Assembly: GCA_032718475.1 (NCBI GenBank) | Contig: JAUCBJ010003873.1 | Location: forward strand, 1 to 53,844 | DNA: 53,844 nt | Direction of reading: 5' to 3' | Source of the DNA: Nemertoderma westbladi | Lineage: Eukaryota; Animalia; Xenacoelomorpha | Shown: piece after piece, positions 26,658 through 36,796 of the stretch | How the letters are laid out: each line of letters begins with the position of its first letter | How positions within the stretch are numbered: position 1 is the stretch's first letter | Position numbers and translations under genes: made by a program | Notes under the pieces: model-generated | Database searches by the model: none | The model's input: the letters and a program-made list of their open reading frames with translations, nothing else | Told to the model about the DNA's origin: nothing

Positions 26658-28016
26658 GTTTAGCTATACAGTTGAATGCTTACTGCTATAGTTACAGTTA
26701 AAGCAAGTCTAGTAATTCAGTATGACCGTTGGCTTAGTACCGGTAATTTATTGCAGTATATTAGAATACCGGTATGCACTTATAATTTATATAAGTATTG
26801 TAAACTAGGTTTGTCACAGAGTACCGGTATATAAATTTAGCACAAATATATAAATATATAATAGGCCTATCGTGAATACCGGTATGCAGCTGACACTTAT
26901 AGTATATAAGTATAATTCTGGACTAGAATTAATTACAGAGTACCGGTATGATTTCAGCCTAAATTTATCGAATAAATATAATAAGCCTATTGTAAATACC
27001 GGTATGTCAATTATTTTAAAATAATTGAATTTCTGAATGTTAGGGGTTACTTGGTTACTTTACTTACTTTATTACCGTTATTTAAGCAGTAGTCCAACTG
27101 ATATGGAGACCTAGTTGTTGTATGGCAGGCCTACTATTTATAAATCGTTTGAGTTGATTTATAATATATATATACCCGTTTAAAAGGGGTTTTGTCAATA
27201 TTTGAAATAAATTTTATTATTTCCGGGGGAGTCACTACACAGAAGCTGTGCGCTCTCAGTGAAGTGCTACCTATGGGACACTAAAACAGATAATTCTAAT
27301 TTACCTAAGTTACTTAATACTACAAATTGCTTACGATACGGGTGAGATTAAATCTCTAATTAAACACAACAAAATATTACGTACGAATTTTTAGGGTAAT
27401 TTTACAGGAAGTCTACAAACCAGTCTAACAAAGGGTTAGAATTCGGTTTATTACAACGGACAGGGTACTACGGTATTTGAAAATAATAAGTAGTAGTAAA
27501 TATATTGCACTGTCCAGATAGGAAAATACCACCGCCTGACGACCTATAGCCGTATCGCTATAGGTACTACGTTATGTATCACGGAGTGTTCCTACCTAGA
27601 AGTTAATTACCGCGGACTACCAGATCCAACGTGCCTATTAACCACTTTACAACACAAATATACTGCCTACACACTAATTACTTTCGGAAAGCACTGTACA
27701 CTAAACCCTAAATTAGGTACAAGTACTGGTACAACAAATAATCAGTAGTTAAATATACTTGAACAGTTAAAAGAACCACGGCATCTGCTGGAGTGACCGA
27801 AGCACAAAGTCACCAGTCTTTTCCTACGCCAAGCAGCCCGTGTAGTACCGGGGTTAATTTAACTATAACGGTATGTGTAACAAACACAATTACTGTAGGA
27901 ATAAACTTGGGGACATGAATGTTGCGAATAATCGCATAAACTCTGAATAATAAATATTACGCTACCCGTACAGAATACTCAAACAAAATACAAACCAAAC
28001 GCTGGCAGACTACCAC

Positions 28017-28466
28017 CAAGCCTAAATAAACTACAGTATGTGCAGATTCCAAAATGGTTAGTTAGTATGCGTTCTAACACGGTAGTACGACTTATTCTTT
28101 AAGAGGGGATTGACCTTACAGCTATGGCTGCCCCAACTTACTAACTGGCACTCTATCGGACAAACTCTACACACGCAGCAATCTCTTCAGACCTAATAAT
28201 AGCTAGACAACAATCCAGCCTACAAAATATCTGAGTAATAACTATTACGGTACCTGAACAGACCACACAAACAAACACAGGCCAAAACGTTGGCAGAATA
28301 CTGTCAAGCCTAAATAAACTACAGTATGTGCAGATTCCAAAATGGTTAGTTAGTATGCGTTCTAACACGGTAGTACGACTTATTCTTTAAGAGGGGATTG
28401 ACCTTACAGCTATGGCTGCCCCAACTTACTAACTGGCACTCTATCGGACAAACTCTACACACGCAG
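28017..28466. repeat. Tandem duplication (period 288 bp) in the 5' leader of element A
   Basis: 28017-28178 appears identical to 28305-28466. Confidence 0.9.
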
Positions 28467-28871
28467 TAATCTCTCCAAACCCAACAACAATCCGACAACA
28501 GTCCGGCCTACAATTATCTGAACAATCTGAGCAGACTTACACGTCTTCAGCTCAATATTAACTTACATGTAAATAAAACTGACAGAAATAAGTAAGCTCC
28601 AAAAGAAACAAGGGGTGACAGTCCCTAATCTCTTAAACAGCCTACCGGTATGCAATAATCAAATCGAATAATACTAATGTACTTATACTGGAAGTACCGG
28701 TTAGGACAGTTGGGCCTACGGACCTACAGAAGTACCGGTTCTGGCAGTTGGACCTACGGACCTACAGCAGTACCGGTTCTGGCAGTTGGGCCTACTGACC
28801 TACAGAAGTACCGGTTCAGGTTTACCGGTCGACAGGTACTTTCAACTTTATTGCTTACTGCAATAAAGTCA

Positions 28872-28882
28872 ATAACTGTTAT
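28872..28882 (-). other. Non-tRNA primer-binding site of element A (ATAACAGTTAT)
   Basis: Directly follows the 5' LTR end (..CGCGTACA); no TGG; perfectly complementary to LTR positions 29630-29640 on the same strand. Confidence 0.7.
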
Positions 28883-30141
28883 TGTACGCGCTTTTGAAGA
28901 CCTTTAGCAGTTTAACCTGCCAAAATTTATATGTCTTTTGGTTTATAAATAGACTTTAGAAGATGACAAATATTTAATACCAATAAACACAACATTAGCA
29001 GAAGCCAGCCTAGTGCGCGTCCATTCACCCGCTGGATATACCCGGGAGACTGGATTCTGAGGGCTTAGATTATTATTGCAGTGTAAGCTTACTGTATTGT
29101 ATTATTCGATTGATCGTTAATAAATTTCTGACTAATATTATTTACTTTCGGGAAATATTAACAGTTCCTTTAGGACGTGGCGCTCTATCTAGGTAAACAG
29201 AGATATGACTTATACTAATCACAACGGCAAGTCGGTAAGGCTTATGATTCACGTATGAGGCGCATTCTTTAGGAAATGCTTAGTTATCAGTCACAATCAT
29301 GCACACTACCGGTAACACACAATACTGCTCACTAATTTGCCGACCGTCAATGAATTTTATCATATATAAAGAGAACAGCAACGAATCATGTAGTGCTTAC
29401 CAAATAGCATTAAGTTCACTACAAACCACAACAATATAAGTCGCAATCGCTATATATAACCCGTCTCTCTAACCTGTAGTGTATCAAGAAAATTGGGAAA
29501 TTTGGGTTCTTTATATATGTTCTCCAAATAATATTCGACCAACTAATACAAAATATGACAACAGTAAAAGCATTAAGACGGTAGGTTAAGATATGATATG
29601 AATGATATGTTATGACAAGATATGCACTGATAACAGTTATACGCTCTATAATTTAAGCCTACTAATGTTTCTTCTAAAGTATGAAACGAATTGACTCTAG
29701 AGCCGGTGTTCCTGGCCTAGATAGCAACAACACAACAGTATCACCAAAAAAACAGTAAGACTGAACACTCCCAGTATGATCGGCCGAATACCTCCACATC
29801 GACAGAAAAAATCGCTCTGATTGGCTTAAGCCAAACAAAGAACCATGTGTCCAATGGCTGTTCCCATGTCAGCAACCAGCTGTTAGATGTCGTAATATGA
29901 ATCATCAAGGCTAAGCTGTGTAAAGGTATTTGGTGCATTGCCGGTTTTTTGCCTTACCATGTCCGCCAAAACACGTATATAGAAGAATGACTTTTATGTC
30001 CGTTAAAACACCTATAACGGTACCTTGCGGGCAAGGGGAATATATATATAGTTAGAGAGCCTTTTAGAGTATTCCAGCGCCTGGGGGGAAACTGGATTGC
30101 GAAGCAAAAGGGGCCAGTTATATCCCACAGAAGCTTTTACA
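28883..30141 (-). repeat. 5' LTR of element A (1259 bp)
   Basis: Minus strand TGTAAAAGCTT...CGCGTACA; repeat of 17579-18836. Confidence 0.96.
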
Positions 30142-31611
30142 CTGTGGCTGTGTGCGTGCAGGTGCTGAGGTGTGGTGTGTGGTGGGGTGGGCCCATTTTC
30201 CGAGTAGGGCCTAATAAAAATTAAGACTGAAAATGGCAGAATGGTAGGCCTACCTACTGACCTACCGGTACGGGTACAGTATCAGCCCGTAGTGGAATAA
30301 TTACAAAATGTGCAGCTGGATGTGCTCCAGACAGCCAGATATTATGCAGTTATGAAAATCGCGCCGCGACATACTGCAGTAACGGTACCGAGGCTGTAGC
30401 CTGTGTACTGCAGTACTGGCTGACTGGTGTCTGGGTGTAGGTCTATTATGTAATCATTCTACCAGTTCATAGTTCTTCAACAATTTCAGCAACCACTAGA
30501 TCATTCGAGCAATGAATTAATTCTGATTCACAATTCATAAAATTTGGCTGAATTTCACGTGGCTGCGTGGGCTGGTGGCCGAGCCGCACTATTGAAAAGT
30601 TTTATTTCCGGCGCCGAACGCAGCGCCGGCCGCCGGGTGCAAAAAATCGTACGCCGGCCCTTCAAATCTGCAGTGGGCTGTCTGTTATAAAAATCAAATA
30701 TCAAATCAGCCTGTATTCACTGAAATACGGTATGATATCGCATTCGAATAGGATGCCATAACAAAGTAATAGATATAGAGATACTGTACCAAAATAAAAG
30801 AATGAGGACTTGGATATTTTATTATTTTAATCTTTATATATATTATTTCTTGCCTGTCAAATAATTTACCGCAATGAATTATTGTGAGAACATTTAATAT
30901 TTAAACATGTAGCCCCCTTAAACAGGGAGACTGTTTAACTGATGGTGTCTAAAAGAGTAGTCTGTTTCTTCTAATACGAGGACATCAACGGAGAGCTGTG
31001 ATATGTTGAGATTAATGTAACAAAATTTACCTTCTTTACTTATCAGGACCTATATTCACAATGTATGTATACCTTATCTAATTCAAAACAAATAAGTTGT
31101 ACAACTTTACACAAAGATGAATAAGTATTATTATTAGAAATGCATAGAAAATATAATCAATAATACATATGGGGGGGGGGGGGGGGGGGGGGGCTGGACG
31201 CAATAAATATTCATCCCTCTTTCAGTGGAAATTGGACGCAAATAACAGCTGATAACTCCCTATTGTTTTGGTTTAAATAAAGTGCCACACTGCCTCTGTA
31301 ACCTGCTCCTTTCCAAAAATTGAGAATTTAACATTGAGGCGGGATATTAATTCGCCAAGATGGGATTTGCGTCCAGTTTCCCCCCTGTCTCCAATAATTA
31401 CATATGGGCGGGGTGTATATAGGAGGGAGATACTGCTACGGGCTCCAGGTCTGTTATCTCACTTTCATAGATTTCGCTCTCTAGAGGCAGACTGGAAAAC
31501 TGCAGACCGATTACCGACCCCACAAAGACACAGGATGTGGGCGAGCCAAGAAGTAAGGTGAGCCTTAGCGCAGGGTCACCATTCATGAACCTGTTCGATC
31601 TGTCGCTCCGT

Positions 31612-31965
31612 TGATCTGTCGTGTCCAATATTTAAACGTTAATAATAACTCAGCCAATCCTCGATGAAATCTAACCAATCTTGGTACACATGTTGTTTGG
31701 CACAAGTTAAAAAATTTGAATTTGGGTGTGGCCTTCGAGAAGCTAAGATAAAAGCAGTTAATTAGTTAATTTATTAATTGCGGTAAAAACAGAATTTTCA
31801 AGCCTGTCTTTTAAAGGAAATTAATTATTCAATAATTATACCTAACAATTATACAGCTGTAATCCCCATACCCCCATTCCATTAGAGTTTTTAATTAGTT
31901 CAAGTGATTTGATTTAAGAAATGTGTTTTTAATTGATCTAAACATTAATAACTTAATAAAATGCC
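31612..31965 (-). mobile_element. Second, inverted copy of the 10571-10950 repeat
   Basis: aataactcagccaa..cttggtacacatg..gtgtggccttc.agaagctaagata..ccccataccccattcc. Confidence 0.6.
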
Positions 31966-32025
31966 TCTTTTCTCCGCGCTACTTCAAATTCCCCATTAAA
32001 GTCTGTAGGGATAATTCCATCATCT

Positions 32026-32560
32026 CCAGTCCACCTCACCACTCGAGCAATGGTGCTTGATCTAGTGCCCGGCTGGGAACCAGTCCACCGCGCCACTCAG
32101 TAATGGGGCTTGCTCTAGTGCCTGGCTGGGAACCAGTCCACCTCAGCACTCAGCAATGGTGATTGCTCTAGTACCTGGCTAGGAACCAGTCCACCTCACC
32201 ACTCGAGCAATGGTGCTTGCTCTAGTGCCTGGCTGGGAACCAGTCCACCTCACCAATCAGCAATTGTGCTTGCTCTAGTACTGTAGTGCCTGGCTGGGAA
32301 CCAGTCCACCTCACCACTCGAGCAATGGGGCTTGCTCTAGTGCCTGGCTAGGAACCATTCCACCTCATCACTCAGCAATGGTGCTTGCTACAGTATAGTG
32401 TCTGGCTGGGAACCATTCCACCTCACCACTCGAGCAATGGTGCTTGCTTGCTCTAGTGCCTGGCTGGGAACCAGTCCACCTCACCACTCGAGCAATGGTG
32501 CTTGCTCTAGTGCCTGGCTGGGAACCAGTCCACCTCACCACTCAGCAACGGGGCTTGCAA
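32026..32560. repeat. Minisatellite, about 54-bp unit, 9 full copies and 1 partial
   Basis: Unit ccagtccacctcaccactcgagcaatggtgcttgctctagtgcctggctgggaa; no unique spacers. Confidence 0.95.
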
Positions 32561-33343
32561 CGGGGGAGCAACGGGGCTTGCCACCTCGCTTTCTCATTTT
32601 TTCAATTTCTGAACAAAACCGTAATATTACATCTTCATAAATGAACAGAAATTCATCGAATTCGGTGCGGGCGGACTGTAATATGGCAAGCAGGTGAGAT
32701 GAGGACTCGTGTATTTGAACGGAATCGTCTGCCAAAGATATTGTGCGAGCAAACGCTGACTTTCTAGCATTTCTTACATCTACATGATAATATTATACTT
32801 TGATCACATTACTGTACCGGTACCATACAGTTTAGTTTGTGAAGTAAATGCAAAGTTTCTTATAAAATTACGTTCTTCATGGCCTAATCTAGTAGGCCTT
32901 TACGTTCTTTTATAAAACAAGTCGTACTGAGGGGCGAGCGACGAAGTAAGTGATATTTACTTCGAGGGTAGGCCGTAGGGGTACCATTAATCAACCTGTC
33001 GCGTCGTTCCGAATATTTGAAGGCTAATAGCCAAATCAATCCTGGAATGTAACCGAACTGGTATACAATATAGTAACTATAGTAACAACTGCATAAATAT
33101 TACAAATGAACTAAATGTGGGGGTTTAACGCACCACCTGATCGACTATATACGCGCAGTACAAATTAATGTGTCGTGCCTCGTGCTGCGCGAAGGCCTCA
33201 CGGTGTAAGTATTTGCTAAGAAGTAAATAATTAACAATTTAATAATAATTATTTCTAAATATAATATTATTAGGTCCGGTAAATATTATTATTAAAACAA
33301 AGGTTCATGATTCTATAACCTCAGCACCAGGGCACTGCAGTAA

Positions 33344-34471
33344 TTATTGGAGGTTAATGAGACAGGCATCCAGATGAGAGTTAATATCATTAGCTGGAAC
33401 CGGTTTCCGGCAGGAAGGGCATGCCACCTCGTTGTCGTAATGAATAGCGTAGCTAGTGGAGGCTACCGGCTCGTACGAGGTCGAGAAGGAATTGTTGCTA
33501 TGGTTGAAATCCAATGTGGTCGACAATAGGAGATTGTTTGATGGGGATTGTTGGGATGTAGCGAAGGGATTGTTTGATGGGGATTGTTGGGATGTAGCAA
33601 AGGGATTGTTTGATGGGGATTGTTGGGATGTAGCGAAGGGATTGTTTGATGGGGATTGTTGGGATGTAGCGAAGGGATTGTTTGATGGGGATTGTTGGGA
33701 TGTAACGAAGGGATCTGGTCGGATTGGTGCAATGGGACTCGATGTGTTGAATGCGATGGGACTGATGGAACTGAACCGGGTTGGTGGGGACGGGACGCAG
33801 ACGGGACTGGGGGTCGTCGGGGACCAGTTGAACTCATCCTGCGGGTCGGCGACCCTGGGGGGAGTTCCTACGACGCCCGGTAGGGAGTGCCCCTCCGTAA
33901 CCCCTTGGGACCATTTACTGTACCCTTTTCCACCCCCAACGTTGTACCCCTTACCCAGCTGCGCGTTACCATTGACAACCGGCGACGTTAACACGTTACG
34001 AGCGGCCGAACTATCGCCTAGCAGCGAGAAACCCCGCCCAGAAAAGGGAACAAACGATTTAGCCTCGTCTACATTCTCCTTGTTATCCGTCGTGACTTCA
34101 TTAACTTCCAACATTTCATCACAGAATTCATCTTCATTTTCCACAGACTGGATATTATTATTACTAGAAACTTTGTTTCCCACGGTTATCCAGCCATCCA
34201 ATGACTTATTATTATTCGCCGTCGACTTATTTTTATTCTTTCTCGCTGTTTTAACGGGGATTTTATTTAATTTAACTTTATTTTTGTTAGTGAAGGCCTC
34301 GGGTTCGGCTACCTTTCTGAATGTTCCGCTACACACCGCGCGATGGCGCCCCCACCACGTGTCTCGGGGACTCGGGGCCCGGTTCATGGCGCGTCGGACG
34401 TACCCGAAGTACGGTTTGTTCTGTTGGCAGACCCCGTCGCAGCGCCACACGTGGGTCCGGTAGTGGTCCAC
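33344..34471 (-). CDS. SPRTN: SPRTN coding exon 3 (Zn-binding subdomain, PIP-like, SHP, UBZ4)
   Basis: Acceptor ttttggttctag|GTG; VDHYRTHVWRCDGVCQQNKPYFGYVRRAMNRAPS..WWGRHRAVCSGTFRKVAEPE; SHP FVPFSGRGFSL; UBZ CPSCRKPVPANDINSHLDAC. Confidence 0.93.
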   Translation of the reverse strand: MDHYRTHVWRCDGVCQQNKPYFGYVRRAMNRAPSPRDTWWGRHRAVCSGTFRKVAEPEAFTNKNKVKLNKIPVKTARKNKNKSTANNNKSLDGWITVGNKVSSNNNIQSVENEDEFCDEMLEVNEVTTDNKENVDEAKSFVPFSGRGFSLLGDSSAARNVLTSPVVNGNAQLGKGYNVGGGKGYSKWSQGVTEGHSLPGVVGTPPRVADPQDEFNWSPTTPSPVCVPSPPTRFSSISPIAFNTSSPIAPIRPDPFVTSQQSPSNNPFATSQQSPSNNPFATSQQSPSNNPFATSQQSPSNNPFATSQQSPSNNLLLSTTLDFNHSNNSFSTSYEPVASTSYAIHYDNEVACPSCRKPVPANDINSHLDACLINLQ

Positions 34472-34983
34472 CTAGAACCAAAAGCCGTAGAAGTTAGAAC
34501 CTCTCGTATCTATCGTAACAGTTTAGTTACTGATTGATCGGTTAATCATAAGATAAAGTAGTCTATTAGGTAATCTGATAAAATAAATTTTTTAATGGAA
34601 ATTTCGGTCGTAACTCGTAATTAATATCAAAAACGACATCAGAGGAAGAATGGTATACAATTTTCTCCATCAGCATGACCGTCGAGACCGACATCTTATA
34701 TTTGGATATATAGGAAACATTAAACTAATCATTTAAATATTATTACAGGTCGTAAAAACTTTCACTTTCACACACATACAATAACAGTACAGAATTAACT
34801 GTGTGGAACCTTGGGGGATTCTAGAATGACATATCCTCCCAGAAAATCATATGTGGATCTCGTAAATCCTAAAATTAGGGAACCGATTATAAATTAGGCT
34901 ACTTTTAGAGCAAATGGAACGGCGCAAACATATTTTTATAACCTACATATCTTTAAACTTTCTCGAGTTGGTGCTGGGTGACA

Positions 34984-35470
34984 GACCGAACGTAATCAGG
35001 ATCGAATGTAACATAGTTTTTACGAATCGAACGTAACCTAAATTATGTTACATTGGATTCTATCAGTCTATAACTATGTTACATTCGATCTACAAATTAC
35101 TAAGCTCGATTGTAACATACATTTATTTCAGTTGTATTTTGATTTCAGGAGTTAACCGATGAAATGCTTCGTTTATTTACAGGAAGAAACGGTTTGGTGT
35201 TGGTGAGTACAAAACAAAGACCCAATTATGTACCCGGTAACCTGCATAATCTTGTAACATGTGTCAGTGTGTTAACTTTCGTTTATTGTTTTGGTTCCCC
35301 CAAAACGCCTCTGTAACCTGCTCCTTTAAATCTGCAAATGGCAATGTTACATTCGAGCTTAGTAATTTGTAGATCGAATGTAACATGGTTATAGGATCCA
35401 AAGTAACATAATTGCGGTTACGTTCGATACGTAATAACTATGTTACATTCGATCCTGATTACGTTCGGTC
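34984..35470. mobile_element. MITE-like inverted repeat in SPRTN intron 2
   Basis: gaccgaacgtaatcaggatcgaatgtaacatagtt..gatctacaaattactaagctcga (34984-35118) is mirrored at 35345-35470. Confidence 0.8.
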
Positions 35471-35562
35471 ATGTATCCGTTGGTGCTTAGTTGGTCTGGG
35501 ACGGTAATTAAAGAATCGATAATGCGGTGGGCAGTATTGTCCATGTATCGGTACATACTTAC

Positions 35563-35769
35563 CTCGTCGTGGAAGCTGTGGTAGACTGTTATCTTAGTAC
35601 CAGCAGCGGTGTTTATGCGTCGCATGTGACTAAGGAAGTTGGGACCATGTCCGTCGTGGTCTGTATCATTGTCGGTAACGAATAGGTAGGCGTGAATGAG
35701 CTCGTGTAACAACGTCTCTACTAGGTCCTTACGGGGTCTCAGCCGCAGCAAAGGTTTACTTAGGCGAAC
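35563..35769 (-). CDS. SPRTN: SPRTN coding exon 2 (HExxH active site)
   Basis: ctcatccag|GTT ... GAG|gtaagt; 207 nt, phase 0; VRLSKPLLRLRPRKDLVETLLHELIHAYLFVT..HGPNF..MRRIN..ITVYHSFHDE. Confidence 0.95.
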
Positions 35770-35998
35770 CTGGATGAGAAATACATTACAGCATTAGTCA
35801 TTCCTGCATTCAATAGTGACACACCGATAATATAGGACCACTATCAGTATATAGTGCTAGCTGGCTACTAGGCTAGTGCAGTGTCCAGCGTCCAGGTATA
35901 CCTATTCGCTACTCTTACTGCCTACTGTTTGACTGTAGGCCGATAAATTAAGAATTAGTACTGTAGTGTAGTAGGAATTGAATCCAACTTCAACTTAC

Positions 35999-36385
35999 CG
36001 AGCAGTATCCGCTCCTATTCCCACTGTACACACACACTCCGGCACACAGAGTCATTCTCGGGCTCCACCGAACTTCAACCGAATTCAGCCTACCCCAGAA
36101 ATACTCAGCGTTGAATGCCAGAAACAACTCGTGTATGTCTGGATTCGGATCCGTTAGTTCCCATCGCGGGTCGATTAAACTCTTTATATCTCTCGTTTCG
36201 CTCGTTTTAACGTCACGTCCGGGTTGTTTATCTTTAGATGATCGACTCTCCTTGTTGTATTCATCCTGCAACTGTCGAGCTATCGCCTCGTCGTCTTCTA
36301 GAAAGCCTCCTTCACGGGAGCTATCGTCATAATTTACCCCAAACTCATCGATCATAAAATCAAACGGTTCTGTAAATGCTGACAT
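35999..36385 (-). CDS. SPRTN: SPRTN coding exon 1 (spliced protein about 573 aa)
   Basis: ATG at 36385; MIU-like DDEAIARQLQDEY; SLIDPRWELTDPNPDIHELFLAFNAEYFWGRLNSVEVRWSPRMTLCAGVC; donor TCG|gtaagt. Confidence 0.92.
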
Positions 36386-36796
36386 CAGCACAGCAGTATG
36401 CCACGGTCACGTTATTCAGCACTGTTCATCGAATTACAGAATTAGCCCTACTGTCAGACTGTTGCATTAGGTACCGGTACTAGGTACTACCCTACCGGTT
36501 TCAGGGTTTGGACCTAACACTGTAACAGGAACAGCCTAATGCAGTAGGCCTAATGCCTGGCATAAGAACACATGATGCTTAGGAATAATATGTAATAATG
36601 ATAACCAGATAACTAATGGCGAACATTATTGCCACTGGAAATTTGTTAATATCTGTTACGACGGTTCTCAACTTATTCAGACTTGATCTTTGGAGATCAG
36701 GCAATTTTTTCGTAAAGACTGATTTCCGGAGCAGCTGTCATCAGTCATCCGCAACGTGGAACGTGATACATGTACTATATACAATATAAAATAATA

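Larger units (their letters stand above)
17579..30141 (-). mobile_element. BEL/Pao LTR retrotransposon A, non-autonomous deletion derivative
   Basis: Two TG..CA LTRs; TSD CTGTG at 17574-17578 and 30142-30146; BEL-type Gag with three Cys/His knuckles, protease ALLDSGS, RNase H remnant WRHCLGTINPADIASRG; RT and integrase core absent. Confidence 0.96.

Noticed and set aside
31171-31193. Long poly-G/poly-C runs (also near 2540, 3280, 9925)
   Set aside because: Lie within repeat elements; homopolymer length is unreliable and there is no independent sign of function
32026-32560. CRISPR-like appearance of the 54-bp array (and of the 36.8-37.8 kb array)
   Set aside because: No unique spacers, no cas genes, eukaryotic context
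33456-34463. 335-aa plus-strand ORF with GLFDGDCWDVAK repeats
   Set aside because: Antisense shadow of SPRTN exon 3
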